The notes: generated by a model from the sequence alone, not told the origin. A DNA stretch of 64,000 nt from Candidatus Berkelbacteria bacterium (GCA_016187225.1 JACPKC010000006.1:25051-89050), one strand, 5' to 3'; shown: positions 34,793 to 45,762, counted from the stretch's first letter. A program made the numbers and translations.

Positions 34793-36424
34793 TCATGTCG
34801 ATGCTTGTTTTAGACGTGCCAGAATCAACTCTTTCTGTTCTTTTTCAGCCTCGAGCCAAGCGCCAAGTCGCGGGCCAGAGCGGACGCCGCCCAATACTTG
34901 ATAGAGTGTCATAAAGGCTTCTCTAACTTCAAGTGACGTCTTGTTTGCAGAAACCCGTATTACTTCTGTTAGTTGATCGCTAACCCAATTTGTATCCGCC
35001 AAAGCTTGAGCTAAATCCTCGAGAAATTTTTTTTGGTGGTCTGAAAGTTCAAGTTTAGGCAGTGTCAACTGAAAGTTAAAAAGTTTACGACCCTTAAATT
35101 GCGCGAGCCAGCGCTGGGCGGCGGTGACGCGTGCGTTGAGTTCAGCGTTTTCAGATTGAGTTAAAGGTGAGTTTTTCTCATCTTCAGCATAGGCCTTAAT
35201 TGCAAAAGCAGGCTGTTGGATTAAATTAGCTAACACTCGAAACCGCACAACGTATTTTGGGGCTTCTTTCGAAGGTTCTAAGCGTACCGCTTTGTAAACA
35301 GCGCCCTCTGAACTAGTACGATTCTTATGAAAAATCTGGAGCAAGCGATCATACTCATCGTAGAGATCTGGCAGCTGATCCGCATCGGTGCGAAATTCAA
35401 TGCCAGTCCTCGGCCGCGGGCGAATCATAAGCAAGCGCAAAATTTCAGCCGGCGCCTGGGCGGTAAAGGTAGTGGCCGATACCCCAACGCCTTTTGACGT
35501 ACTCATTTTTCTGCCGTCCAAATAAATGTGCTCATAAAATAAATCTTCCGGCACACGCTCATAGTCTCGCTCTAATTGAGGTGCGAAAAGTCGCTCAAAA
35601 ACAGCCCCGGCAACATCGCGCGATCCGCCTTTGGTGTAATGATCCTTGCCCGCCCCTTCGATATCGCTTTTGTAGACGAACCACTTAGCCGCCCACTCGA
35701 TTTTCCAAGGCAGTTTGGCGCCGCCATTAAAGGGCGACCTCTTGCCCTGGTGACCACAACCGTTAGCCCACGCTTCGGCAGTGTCGCCACACCGATATAC
35801 AGCTTGCTCTCCATCCCACGCGATGATCTCGGTGCTCGCAATTTTTCCGCAGGCCTCACAACGAATATTCACCGGGTAATCGGGCAAGAGCGCCTTCCCA
35901 ACACGATCAGCGCTTCGATGCTTGACTACCTCATTATAAACCTGTCCAACGAGTTGAGCGTGCTCAAGCACAAGACGAATCGCTTCGTTAAACGTGCCCT
36001 GTTCATATTCACGAGAACTGTAAAGGGTTTCCGACTCAACGCCCAATGAGCGGTAAACCATCTCAAATTCATCGGCAAAATACCGTCCAAAATTATTTTC
36101 GAAAGTTACAACACCATTTGATGGACGATTTTTATTATCGGGCGCTGGCACAAAGCGCATTGGCATTCCGAGATACTGTTCATAAGCCGGGTCAAAGTCG
36201 GCTGGGACTTTATCGAATGGATCAAAATCATCAAATCCATAAATATAACGCGTCTCATACTCGCGCTCGCGCAGAACGCGAGTAACAGCATCGTGTAGAA
36301 GCACGCCCCTCAAGGCGCCGACATGGATGTGACCGGAAGGTGTTTTCCAGTCAGAAACAACGTAGGGAGGCGCGTGGCGCTTACTAACTCGCTCGGCTCG
36401 TTCTGCCGCCCAAAATACCTTCAT
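34793..36424 (-). CDS. lysS: Class I lysyl-tRNA synthetase
   Basis: TPSGHIHVG, KLPWKIEWAAKW, GKDH, KMSTSKG, GPRLG. Confidence 0.93.
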   Translation of the reverse strand: MKVFWAAERAERVSKRHAPPYVVSDWKTPSGHIHVGALRGVLLHDAVTRVLREREYETRYIYGFDDFDPFDKVPADFDPAYEQYLGMPMRFVPAPDNKNRPSNGVVTFENNFGRYFADEFEMVYRSLGVESETLYSSREYEQGTFNEAIRLVLEHAQLVGQVYNEVVKHRSADRVGKALLPDYPVNIRCEACGKIASTEIIAWDGEQAVYRCGDTAEAWANGCGHQGKRSPFNGGAKLPWKIEWAAKWFVYKSDIEGAGKDHYTKGGSRDVAGAVFERLFAPQLERDYERVPEDLFYEHIYLDGRKMSTSKGVGVSATTFTAQAPAEILRLLMIRPRPRTGIEFRTDADQLPDLYDEYDRLLQIFHKNRTSSEGAVYKAVRLEPSKEAPKYVVRFRVLANLIQQPAFAIKAYAEDEKNSPLTQSENAELNARVTAAQRWLAQFKGRKLFNFQLTLPKLELSDHQKKFLEDLAQALADTNWVSDQLTEVIRVSANKTSLEVREAFMTLYQVLGGVRSGPRLGAWLEAEKEQKELILARLKQAST

Positions 36425-36462
36425 GTTGGTACTATACCAAACATTCTCTCCTGATTACCAGG

Positions 36463-36924
36463 TCAAGCAACTGTTTGAATAGTGTACGTGATTAGGCCTG
36501 CCGGCGTTTTAATATCAACTGTCTCACCAGCTTTGTTCCCCACAAGCGCCGAACCAACCGGCGATTCAGAAGAAATCTTGCCATTGAGCGGATCGCTTTC
36601 ATTTGAGCCAACAATCTCGTATGTCGCCGGCTTGCCATTGCCATCAACCACCCGCACCGTACTACCAATCCGAATTTCGCCGGCGCCACTTACGGCCTCA
36701 ACGATCTCTGCTCGTTTTAGCATGACCTTAAGCTCTGCGATTCGCCCCTCAATAAAAGCGAGCTGTTCGCGAGCATCGTGATAATCGGCATTCTCATTAA
36801 GATCCCCAAGTTCACGCGCCTCTGCCATCCGTTTGATGATCACAGGCCGATCAACGGTTTTCAGTTTTTGCAGTTCCTGCTTAAGCTTTTCATAACCTTC
36901 CGGCGTTACCTGATTGACAGTCAT
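36463..36924 (-). CDS. greA: Transcription elongation factor GreA
   Basis: GDLNENADY, ISSESPVGSAL. Confidence 0.97.
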   Translation of the reverse strand: MTVNQVTPEGYEKLKQELQKLKTVDRPVIIKRMAEARELGDLNENADYHDAREQLAFIEGRIAELKVMLKRAEIVEAVSGAGEIRIGSTVRVVDGNGKPATYEIVGSNESDPLNGKISSESPVGSALVGNKAGETVDIKTPAGLITYTIQTVA

Positions 36925-37374
36925 ATAACCTCTTCTGTTCTTCTCTAAAACGATTAGGAATAGGGAGTAGTATAAATTCTCATCGCGATCAAGTCAATTG
37001 GATGTACTGGTTTAGATCATACACGCATTGGCGTTGGTTGTTGAATGGTTAGATCGTATTCATGCGGAGTTAGTAAGTCGAGCGCGTCATGGGCATGAGC
37101 GCATCGGTAATTACCCAAAAAAAGAATGATGAAGGATAAGCTAGATGCTCTATAAATGTTAGGCGAGCGATAGCTATAAACGTACGCATGCTTGCATTAG
37201 ATGTATTCCCCAATAATTTTATGCTCGAAATTGGTTTGAATTTGAGCGAAACGAATGAAAGTCGAGAGAGACGTAACGAGAGTTACGTTGACCGAGGCGA
37301 GTATTCGATGGAGCCAAATTCGAGACGATTTAGGCATAAAGGTTATTGGGGAATACATCTAACTATACAGGATT

Positions 37375-39267
37375 TTATCGCCGCTCTTCGCTCGGACGGG
37401 AAAAATGCCACTTAAGAACTTCTTCTGCAACCGGCAATGCCACCTCATTGCCAGCGCCGCCGCCGTCGATCAAAATGACGACTACCAATTCCGGCGTTTC
37501 AGAGGGCGCAAAGGCTGTGAACCAGGCATGCGTTTTGTCTTCGGCGCCAAATTGGGCGGTACCGGTTTTAGCGGCCGAGGAAACCGGCAAAGATTGGAGT
37601 CGGCGCGCCGAACCACTTAAAACTGCCTCTCGCATCCCCGCTCTAACAATGCGTAATGTCGTATCTGAAAGCATACCCTCGACTCGAGCGCCAGGTGGCG
37701 CAAGCCCACCCCGACCATCGGTCGGCTGATCCTTCCAAAGCAGATGGGGCGTAATTTGAGTGCCGCCATTCGCGATCGCACTGATCGCTGTGGCCAGCTG
37801 AATTGGCGTCACTATTAAATCGCCTTGGCCAATCGCAAGGTGGTAGGTGTCACCCAGAAACCATTTTTCGCCTTTAACTTCTTGTTTCCATTCAGGGGTT
37901 GGCACAAGACCCGCGGCCTCACCTGGCAGATCCACACCGGTTTTCTTGCCAAAACCAAAGAGTTTTAGGTAATAATCAAGCCGCTCAATACCTAAACCGC
38001 GAATTTGCTCCCAGCCACCGCCAACGGCGTAAAAAAAAACGTTAGAAGAAACCGCGATTGCCTTCTTAACATCGGTCCAGCCATGCACTTTCCAATCTGG
38101 AAACTTGAACTCGCCGATCGTAATTTCACCGGGCGCATTAATCGTTGTTGTTTCAGTGATAACGCCGTCGGCTAAACCACCAGCCGCGATCACGGGTTTA
38201 ATGACTGATCCAGAAGGATAGACGCCGCCGATAGCTCGGTTTGAGAATATCTTGAGTGGATTTTCAGTCAATTCCTGGTAACGTTCAGCTGTCAAGCCCA
38301 GAGAGAACTCATTGTTGTCATAATCAGGTAAGCTGACCAGAGCACGAATACTGCCGTCACGCGGATCGAGCGCAAGCGCCGCGCCTGAATCGCTTTGAAC
38401 TTCACTGATTTTTTTCTCAAGTATCTCGCCTAATTTTTGCTGAAGCGGCAGATCGAGTGTCAGTACCAGTGTATCCCCTGAAACTGGTTCTTGCGCGCCT
38501 ACGATTCGCTGAAAATAACCCCTCGAGTCGACTTCAACTTGCTCGGCGCCTCGTTTGCCCTTCAGCAATGCTTCGTATTCTCGTTCGATACCCGCCTGTC
38601 CGGTTAAACTATTCATCGAAGAGTCTGGATGCGTATTTAATTCCGATTCTGTAATTTTACCGGTATAACCCAAAATATGACTCAAACCAGGCGCTCGAGC
38701 ATATTCGCGGCGAGCGCGATCCACAACTCGCAAGCCAGGCGTATCTTTAAGCATTACCTTAAGCAAAATCGCGTCAGTATGTTCCACTCCCTCTCGCAGA
38801 ATGATTGGGGTAAGTGAACGCAGACCCTCCTTTTCGACTCGCTCGCGGAGCTCCTCGGCTGAAAAATCGGTCACTTGAGCGGCTTGGGTATAAACTTGAT
38901 CGCGATCAATTTGAGCGTGCGGTAGATCGGCAGGCGTCAGTTCGAGCGCAAACGCGGCGACGTTTTTGGCAAGCACCTTGCCCGTACGATCCAAAATCAC
39001 TCCTCGCGGTGGTTGAATTTCGCGGCTTCGAATGCGGTTGCCTTCAGCCAAAAGCTGATGGCTTGCGCCTTGGGTAACTTGCAAAGTTAAAAGTCGACCG
39101 ATTAAAATAATCATGAGCAAAGCAACGCCTAAAAAAGAACCTGTAAGATTTGGACGTTCTCGTTCTTTCTCCAAGCCGGAACCCTCTAAGCCTTCACTCC
39201 AATCAAATTCATGGGCGGGTTCGGGCAACTTACCAAGTTGATTTCCAGGTTCGAAAATTGAGTTCAT
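37375..39267 (-). CDS. mrdA: Penicillin-binding protein 2
   Basis: GSVIK (SxxK), SSN, KTGTAQ; follows mreBCD. Confidence 0.95.
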   Translation of the reverse strand: MNSIFEPGNQLGKLPEPAHEFDWSEGLEGSGLEKERERPNLTGSFLGVALLMIILIGRLLTLQVTQGASHQLLAEGNRIRSREIQPPRGVILDRTGKVLAKNVAAFALELTPADLPHAQIDRDQVYTQAAQVTDFSAEELRERVEKEGLRSLTPIILREGVEHTDAILLKVMLKDTPGLRVVDRARREYARAPGLSHILGYTGKITESELNTHPDSSMNSLTGQAGIEREYEALLKGKRGAEQVEVDSRGYFQRIVGAQEPVSGDTLVLTLDLPLQQKLGEILEKKISEVQSDSGAALALDPRDGSIRALVSLPDYDNNEFSLGLTAERYQELTENPLKIFSNRAIGGVYPSGSVIKPVIAAGGLADGVITETTTINAPGEITIGEFKFPDWKVHGWTDVKKAIAVSSNVFFYAVGGGWEQIRGLGIERLDYYLKLFGFGKKTGVDLPGEAAGLVPTPEWKQEVKGEKWFLGDTYHLAIGQGDLIVTPIQLATAISAIANGGTQITPHLLWKDQPTDGRGGLAPPGARVEGMLSDTTLRIVRAGMREAVLSGSARRLQSLPVSSAAKTGTAQFGAEDKTHAWFTAFAPSETPELVVVILIDGGGAGNEVALPVAEEVLKWHFSRPSEERR

Positions 39268-39290
39268 CCGATTCCTTCTCCACCTCGAAG

Positions 39291-39770
39291 CTAGGGCCGA
39301 AAGATGAGTTTGTGTTGATGTTTAGATTGAAAGCGAAGGAGTGGCCAAGCTCCAAGAAAACTTAAAATTCCGGCGGCGCGCAAATCTAACCAAAACTGCT
39401 CCCAAGCATTTTGACGCCACGCCAAAACCAGCTCGGCGGTGGCAACTAAAACTAAAGCCATCAGAATTACACCCCACCAAGGAGGAGTTTGGATCTCGCG
39501 CTTCAAGAAGATGCCTAGGCTACTGTAGACCAGTAAAAGTGGTAAAAACGTGCTTCCAAAACGAAGCGGCAAAATTAAATCGATTAGGGCGCTCCCAATT
39601 AAAATCCAGCCTAAACCCAACTCTGCATAACCAAGCACTAAAAAAGGCAGAGCGCCGAGCGCAATCAGATTTGGCTGTCCGCCCATCAAAGGCCAAGCAG
39701 CCAAGGGCCCAGTTTGCGCAAGTACTGTTATATACGCGATGAGAGCGACGATAAGCCATTGAATTTTCAT
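39291..39770 (-). CDS. mreD: Probable MreD
   Basis: Multi-TM protein between mreC and mrdA. Confidence 0.65.
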   Translation of the reverse strand: MKIQWLIVALIAYITVLAQTGPLAAWPLMGGQPNLIALGALPFLVLGYAELGLGWILIGSALIDLILPLRFGSTFLPLLLVYSSLGIFLKREIQTPPWWGVILMALVLVATAELVLAWRQNAWEQFWLDLRAAGILSFLGAWPLLRFQSKHQHKLIFRP

Positions 39771-39790
39771 AAAATTATTGGAGAGTACAT

Positions 39791-40567
39791 TTAATGATCT
39801 GCCTTGAGAACAAGAACCTCTTCTAATGAAGTAAATTTGACTGGCGTCGTCAGCGCAATCCGCTGAAGAATCTCGGATTCAGTTGAGATAACTCTATCAA
39901 CTGTGCCCACTGGGATATCGGCAACCACCAGATCGCCTAAAGGACTCGTATAAACAAATTCACCTTGGGTAGTTGTCACATCGATTGGCACCGAGTCGAC
40001 CACAAGGCCACGAAAGCCGCCCCTCAAAAGACCTTGCCCGCGTGATTTTTCAAGCACAACCGGGAGTGATGCCGACGGACTCGTGAGTAACTGAACAGTG
40101 CTCGTATTCGCGCCCAATAAATCAATTGTTCCCACTAAAAAACCCTGGCTAATCACCGGCGACCCAACCTGAATTTTATCTTGCTCACCCACATTGATCA
40201 CAATTTCCTCCAGCATTTTACTTGGCGAACGCGCCACGACTTGCGCTGGTAACAAATCCACCCCCGGGATTTCATTTGCTTTTTTCATTTCAGCCTGTAT
40301 CACTCGCTCATTGCGCAAAGTTTCACGCGCCTCGGCAAGCTGACTACTTAAAAATGCATTCTGTTCCTCGGCAGTCTTAAGCTGACTGCGAAGATCGCTC
40401 ACCTCTCTCAAGGCTTGAAAAAAAGAACGACTCCGACTCGCTATTTTGGTTGGGCCCTTGGCAGGGGCGAGTAAAGCTACCGCTCTCTCTCTTAATGGAT
40501 TTAAGACTGGTGAAATTAACATTCCAAACACACCAACGCCAAATATAAGCATTAATGTTCGTGGCAT
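39791..40567 (-). CDS. mreC: Rod shape-determining protein MreC
   Basis: TM segment plus coiled coil, AQVVARSP, INVG, IPVGTV. Confidence 0.9.
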   Translation of the reverse strand: MPRTLMLIFGVGVFGMLISPVLNPLRERAVALLAPAKGPTKIASRSRSFFQALREVSDLRSQLKTAEEQNAFLSSQLAEARETLRNERVIQAEMKKANEIPGVDLLPAQVVARSPSKMLEEIVINVGEQDKIQVGSPVISQGFLVGTIDLLGANTSTVQLLTSPSASLPVVLEKSRGQGLLRGGFRGLVVDSVPIDVTTTQGEFVYTSPLGDLVVADIPVGTVDRVISTESEILQRIALTTPVKFTSLEEVLVLKADH

Positions 40568-40576
40568 GAGTTTAAG

Positions 40577-41635
40577 CTAAAGCTCATGGGTGTTTTCGAT
40601 AAGAACGGGGCGAAGTAGATCGAGATCCTCAAGGACAATGCCCGTACCGCGCACTACCGCTGTGAGCGGATCTTCAGCCACATGAACTTCTGTGCCAGTT
40701 TCTTGCTGGACTAGACGATCGAGACCACGCAGAAGCGCGCCGCCGCCAGCGAGCGTAATCCCTCGGAGCATAATATCAGCTACGAGTTCCGGCGGCGTTT
40801 CCTCAAGTGTTACTTTTATGGCGGCTAGAATTTGCTGAACTGATTTACTCAAGGCCTCGCGTACCTGACTCTCGGTGATAAGAAGCTCACGCGGTAGACC
40901 GCTCACAAGATCGCGGCCGCGAATTGGCACCGTTTCCGGCTTTTCCGAGTAGGGCAGAGCCGAACCGAGGTTGATCTTGATATCTTCCGCCATGCGATCA
41001 CCAATCAATAAATTCAATTTCTCCCGGGCATATAATTTCATATCCTCATTCAGCTCATCGCCAGCAATCCGAAGCGAACGGCTGGCGACAATTCCACCCA
41101 AAGAAATGACCGCGACTTCAGTCGTGCCGCCGCCAATGTCAACGATAAAATTACCGCCTGGCTCCTGAATTGGCATCCGACTACCTACGGCCGCGGCGAC
41201 CGGCTCTTCAATCAAAAAAACTTCTCGAGCGCCCGCATTTAGCGCCGCTTCTTCAACAGCCCGCCGTTCAACCTCGGTTACGCCATAAGGAATGCCGATC
41301 ACAACGCGTGGTCGCGAAAAAAAAGGCCAACGCGGACCCTGTACTCGACCGATGAAATACTTGAGCATCTGCTCGGTGACCTCAAAGTCAGAGACCACCC
41401 CATCTACAAGTGGCCGAATCGCCACAATGTGCGCCGGTGTGCGCCCAACCATTTTGCGCGCTTCATCGCCGATCGCCAGAATTTGTTTAGTTTTGTGATT
41501 GATCGCCACCACCGAGGGTTCATTTACTACAATCCCTTTGCCGCGGATATAGACGAGCGTATTTGCAGTGCCCAAATCAATGCCAATATCGTGAGCAACT
41601 AATCCGCGCAGTCGTTTCAGCACTTCCGCCTCCAA
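40577..41635 (-). CDS. mreB: Actin-like MreB
   Basis: IGIDLGTAN, EPSVVA, DIGGGTT, GGGALL. Confidence 0.98.
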   Translation of the reverse strand: MEAEVLKRLRGLVAHDIGIDLGTANTLVYIRGKGIVVNEPSVVAINHKTKQILAIGDEARKMVGRTPAHIVAIRPLVDGVVSDFEVTEQMLKYFIGRVQGPRWPFFSRPRVVIGIPYGVTEVERRAVEEAALNAGAREVFLIEEPVAAAVGSRMPIQEPGGNFIVDIGGGTTEVAVISLGGIVASRSLRIAGDELNEDMKLYAREKLNLLIGDRMAEDIKINLGSALPYSEKPETVPIRGRDLVSGLPRELLITESQVREALSKSVQQILAAIKVTLEETPPELVADIMLRGITLAGGGALLRGLDRLVQQETGTEVHVAEDPLTAVVRGTGIVLEDLDLLRPVLIENTHEL

Positions 41636-41660
41636 CCCCCTTTTCGAGCGATGAGTAAGA

Positions 41661-42467
41661 TTACTGTAGGTATTGTACTATGTTTTCCTGATGTTCAGCA
41701 ATTGTTTTGGCAAAGTGCGCTTTGCCTTCTTTGTCGGTGATAAAATAAAGATAGTCATGCTCGGCTGGCTTAAGCGCCGCTTGAATCGAAGCTAAACCAG
41801 GATTGCTAATCGGCGCGGGCGGCAAACCCGCATTTAAATATGTATTGTAAGGTGACTGAATACTCAAATAATCAGCTCTTAATAACACCGGCCACCAATT
41901 AACTTCGAGGCAGTCGGCACCTGTCTCGTAGGTTTCTGCCACGCACTTTAGGTGCAATTCATTTGCTTTAGCATATTGAACGGTTGGGTCGGCATCGAGT
42001 TTCATGCCGAGTTTCAACCGGTTTGCATATACACCGGCAATTGCGGCGCGATCCTCGTCATGTTTCGCTTCCCGCTCGACAATTGAAGCGAGAATTAAGT
42101 CTTCAGAACCAACTGTGAAACCCGCTATTCGCTTTTTGTAATTTGCAAGCATTTTGAGGACGATCGCGTCAGCCGATCCGCTCTCGGCAAATCGATAAGT
42201 ATCAGGAAAAAGTTGACCGAATTGATCGGGCATTGAGAGGGCTGAATAAAATTCGCCTGGATTGGTGATCAATTTTTCACCTGTTAGGCGGGCGGCCATC
42301 TCTTCAATCCGCCAGCCTTCAGGGAATAACACTGTGATTTCGACTTGCTTTTGCACTTCGGCTGAAGGTTGAGTCTGAAATTGTTGCCATCCCCACCAAA
42401 GCAGTCCGCCGAAGGCAATAAAACCTAAACCGCTCATGATTATTAAAATTCGTTTGAGGGCTTTCAT
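41661..42467 (-). CDS. mltG: Endolytic transglycosylase MltG
   Basis: PEG, LFPDTY, ASIVERE, SPYNTY..GLPP.PI.NPG. Confidence 0.93.
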   Translation of the reverse strand: MKALKRILIIMSGLGFIAFGGLLWWGWQQFQTQPSAEVQKQVEITVLFPEGWRIEEMAARLTGEKLITNPGEFYSALSMPDQFGQLFPDTYRFAESGSADAIVLKMLANYKKRIAGFTVGSEDLILASIVEREAKHDEDRAAIAGVYANRLKLGMKLDADPTVQYAKANELHLKCVAETYETGADCLEVNWWPVLLRADYLSIQSPYNTYLNAGLPPAPISNPGLASIQAALKPAEHDYLYFITDKEGKAHFAKTIAEHQENIVQYLQ

Positions 42468-42823
42468 GCTCGATTCAGATATTGCTCAAGAAGCAGACGA
42501 GCGGCGCGCGCGTCGCTGTCTCCACCCCCTTCGCGCGCCAGTTGTCGCTCCGCCTCTTTCGTGGTTAAAGTTTCATCTAATTCGACAGTCTGAAGTCCGG
42601 GATACTCTTTAGCCAAGTCGGCAATAATTTTTTGCGCCAAGGGCAGTCCGGAACGAGTGCGCCCGATGATAAGGGTTTGAATGTGATATTCCTCGATAAA
42701 ATGATCGAGTTGCATTGTTAGTTCAGTCTGGGCTAAAGTCGACAGTTCGAGGACAATTTTTCCGACGGGGTTAACGGCGACACCAATCCGCTTTGCACCC
42801 AAATCGAGAGCCAGAATACTCAT
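42464..42823 (-). CDS. ruvX: RuvX/YqgF RNase H-fold nuclease
   Basis: LALDLGAKRIGVA, DETLTT.EA, D..AA.LLL. Confidence 0.88.
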   Translation of the reverse strand: MSILALDLGAKRIGVAVNPVGKIVLELSTLAQTELTMQLDHFIEEYHIQTLIIGRTRSGLPLAQKIIADLAKEYPGLQTVELDETLTTKEAERQLAREGGGDSDARAARLLLEQYLNRA

Positions 42824-44460
42824 TAGTTGTGTTCCCTTGCCCGCTCAAGTTTGATTTGAGTAACCGACCGTGGAATCGAGCCTCGAAAAGCCGGACGAAT
42901 CTGGACTCTTGCCTGTGTAATGCCCGGCTGATCTTTAAGAATTTGTTCGGCTTGGATGCTAGTCTTACCGGCGACCAGCTCTTTGAGCGCCGTTTCATCA
43001 ATTTTTTGGGCCACTTCAGTTTTCAGCGTGCCTTTAAGCGCGAGCAATCCCTGATCGTATTGTTTGGATTCAATCTCGGTTTCCATGGAGTCTTCTTGTG
43101 TTACTACCAACTCCTTATCGGGAGGCAATTTTTTGCCAATGAGCGCCAACACCATCCCCTGATACTCGGCAACCCGAAAACCGATACTGCGCGCCCGCAC
43201 CTTCGCCTCGAGTTCAAAATTATCTGCCTCGTCATTTGCGGCCTTGCTAGATTGCGCGCTGACAACGCTCACATCGATGGCATCTGCCAAGACAGTCATT
43301 TCTTTTGCCTCACGCTTCAACTGATCAGACAGGTTGTCTTTCGATTTTTCTCCGATCGAAGTGCGGGCGGCCTCGATATCCTGTTCGGTGACAACTTTCA
43401 CAGTTCGACTCTCGCCGCCTGTAAAAGCTTGAGTATTTTCCGCCGTCACTTTTTCTTGTTTTGTGCCGGAAAAACTTGTCAGTGTGAAACTGCCAGCGTC
43501 AAGATTGAATTGGCCTCCAACGACGCTCGCCTCAACTCTTGCCGTTGCCTTGCCAGGCTTGACCGTGACGTCGCCTGAAATATCGAGACTAACCGTTGCC
43601 GCCGAGACAGTCGCTTCGTCGAGGGTGGCAAACTGCAAACCATCTCGGGAGAGAGTGGCGCCGCTGGGCACCGTAACCGTTTCGCCCAAACGATTACTAA
43701 TTAAAACCGTGCCGGTTGCTTTTGCGCCGACCTCTTTATTTCCCGTTGTCTCAAACACTTCTTTAACCGTGGTTTCGACTTGAACTTTCTGGCCCGGAAT
43801 ATGACCTGTGTCACTCTGAATCGCGTCAATATTGTTATCAACGACTATGCTCGCGGTGTCGGTAAGCGGATCGCTTTGAACACCTAGGATAAGGATAGCG
43901 CGCGGATAGAAAACGAAGAACCAAATGCCGGCGAGAGTCACAGCCAGCAACAAACTTGCACCCACCAATTTCTGCATCCATCCTGAACGCTGACTCGGCG
44001 CAATTGATGATGGCTTCGAGCCAAGCGGGGTCGGTTTGGGATGAGCAGGTGCGGGGGTTTTAATATTGGACGTCGACGCATCGTAACGCTTCACCGGCAC
44101 CGGCGCTGGTCCGACCACCTCATCTTCGGTTTGCGGCCGATCATCAAGATCGATCACGTCGTCAACTGCTGGCTTTGGCATACGCGGCGCACTAATAGGC
44201 TGATCGTCGCCGACCGAGGCATAAACTGGAATACCCACCTGTAGGGCAAGACCCGTGCCATGTTTGTCGTGTGTGACAATTGAAATTGACTTTTTAAGCC
44301 GCTCCGCCTCGCGCTTTAAGAGTTTAAGGTTGACGATACTGCTAATTAGCTGGGCGCGTTTAGGTAAAACTAACGCTATCTGCTTGCCAGGCAAATTTTT
44401 GAGCTTATCTACAACCGAAGTAATCTCTTCATCAGCTTCAAGATAAAGAATATCGTCCAT
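42823..44460 (-). CDS. Membrane protein with a baseplate J/gp47-like extracellular region
   Basis: YLEADEEITSV N-terminal domain, Pro-rich linker, one TM segment, KATGTV...G..F.T...FTGG beta-rich region. Confidence 0.65.
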   Translation of the reverse strand: MDDILYLEADEEITSVVDKLKNLPGKQIALVLPKRAQLISSIVNLKLLKREAERLKKSISIVTHDKHGTGLALQVGIPVYASVGDDQPISAPRMPKPAVDDVIDLDDRPQTEDEVVGPAPVPVKRYDASTSNIKTPAPAHPKPTPLGSKPSSIAPSQRSGWMQKLVGASLLLAVTLAGIWFFVFYPRAILILGVQSDPLTDTASIVVDNNIDAIQSDTGHIPGQKVQVETTVKEVFETTGNKEVGAKATGTVLISNRLGETVTVPSGATLSRDGLQFATLDEATVSAATVSLDISGDVTVKPGKATARVEASVVGGQFNLDAGSFTLTSFSGTKQEKVTAENTQAFTGGESRTVKVVTEQDIEAARTSIGEKSKDNLSDQLKREAKEMTVLADAIDVSVVSAQSSKAANDEADNFELEAKVRARSIGFRVAEYQGMVLALIGKKLPPDKELVVTQEDSMETEIESKQYDQGLLALKGTLKTEVAQKIDETALKELVAGKTSIQAEQILKDQPGITQARVQIRPAFRGSIPRSVTQIKLERAREHN

Positions 44461-44461
44461 A

Positions 44462-45718
44462 TTAGACTCTCAATGATCCTACCACGCGCTGAACTACACG
44501 GTCACCCACAGTCGATCGACCAACCAGCTCAATGGCCAAATTGGCCAGCGCCATTGGGGTAATATCCTGAACAGTTTTGAGCTCACCGGTAATATCCTGC
44601 ACAGTTGAGATCTCACTCGGTTTTAAAAAATGAATCAAAGGTTTACGCGCAAAGGGCAAGTGTTTGCCCCAAGTCGCTTCCTTGAGCGCCTCGCTAATTT
44701 CCGGCAGGTTACTGCCGCCACCACAAAGGAGTATTCTTGAAGGGAGCAAATCAACATTTGTAAACTCACTTAAAGTGAGCTCTATCCCCGAAAGCCAAAC
44801 GTCGACATCGGTCGCGAGCGCTTCCTTGGTTGCTGTCTCGTCTTTTTTATCGAGTTTGCCAGCGGTGTAATCCAGCTTACGCGCTTCGGCCTCGGCAAAA
44901 GTTGTGCCAAAAGTGTTCATGATTCGCTTTGTGAAAGCCCGGCCGCCAAGCGCGAACATCTTAGTCCCAATTAAGCCGCCGTTATTAACCACCGCTAGAT
45001 CAGTTGTGCCGCCACCGACATCGATAAAAATTGCCGAGAATTCGCTCGATTCTTCAGGTCCGGTAATGCGAGCAACGGCGTAAGGCTCTGCCGCAACCGA
45101 GAGAAGATCGAGACTCAACTCCTCGGCAATCGTTTGAAGCGCGCCCAAGTGAACAATTGGCGCAAAGGCAGAATAGATGCCAACCTGCACCTCGCGGCCT
45201 TGAAAACCGAGTGGATTCGTTACTTTATAGCCATCGATTCGGACATCAACAATGGCGGCGTTGACAAGTCGAACATCAATTTCAGCCTGACCAGTTTCCC
45301 AGGCTAAAAGCGCCTTAGCGCGATCGTGAGCGCGATTTTGGACACGACCGAGAATTTCCTGCAACTCCTCGCCGGTGATCTTAGCCAAGGGTTCGGGACG
45401 AACGTATTTAATAGTTGTCGTAGTGCCCTTGACGAGCTCGCCAGCAATGCCCACAATCGTTTGATCGGGCAAGTAGTTTGCTTGTTCTGCCGCCCGTTCC
45501 AGCGCGGCCTCGCAATTTTCAATCACACCATGAATATCGGTGACGGTGCCGCCCTGCATATCCGCCAAACGCTGACGTTGCTTACCAACACCGACAACTT
45601 TAGCCGATAAACCATCGACTTCAAAAATCAAGGCTTTGACAAATTCAGTGCCGATATCAAGCGCGATCGCTCGTTTATCATGAGCCGGCGCACGTTTTGC
45701 CCAACTAAAAAGTCTCAT
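44462..45718 (-). CDS. FtsA-like actin-family ATPase
   Basis: ALDIGTE, DVGGGTTD, GG..FT, LCGGGS; no adjacent ftsZ. Confidence 0.85.
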   Translation of the reverse strand: MRLFSWAKRAPAHDKRAIALDIGTEFVKALIFEVDGLSAKVVGVGKQRQRLADMQGGTVTDIHGVIENCEAALERAAEQANYLPDQTIVGIAGELVKGTTTTIKYVRPEPLAKITGEELQEILGRVQNRAHDRAKALLAWETGQAEIDVRLVNAAIVDVRIDGYKVTNPLGFQGREVQVGIYSAFAPIVHLGALQTIAEELSLDLLSVAAEPYAVARITGPEESSEFSAIFIDVGGGTTDLAVVNNGGLIGTKMFALGGRAFTKRIMNTFGTTFAEAEARKLDYTAGKLDKKDETATKEALATDVDVWLSGIELTLSEFTNVDLLPSRILLCGGGSNLPEISEALKEATWGKHLPFARKPLIHFLKPSEISTVQDITGELKTVQDITPMALANLAIELVGRSTVGDRVVQRVVGSLRV

Positions 45719-45762
45719 CTCCCTCCGTTATAATAGGCGCGTTAACCTAAGTATAGCATTTC

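Noticed and set aside
36960-37374. Gene between greA and mrdA
   Set aside because: Only short broken frames without an RBS; possibly a decayed gene, but not assignable.
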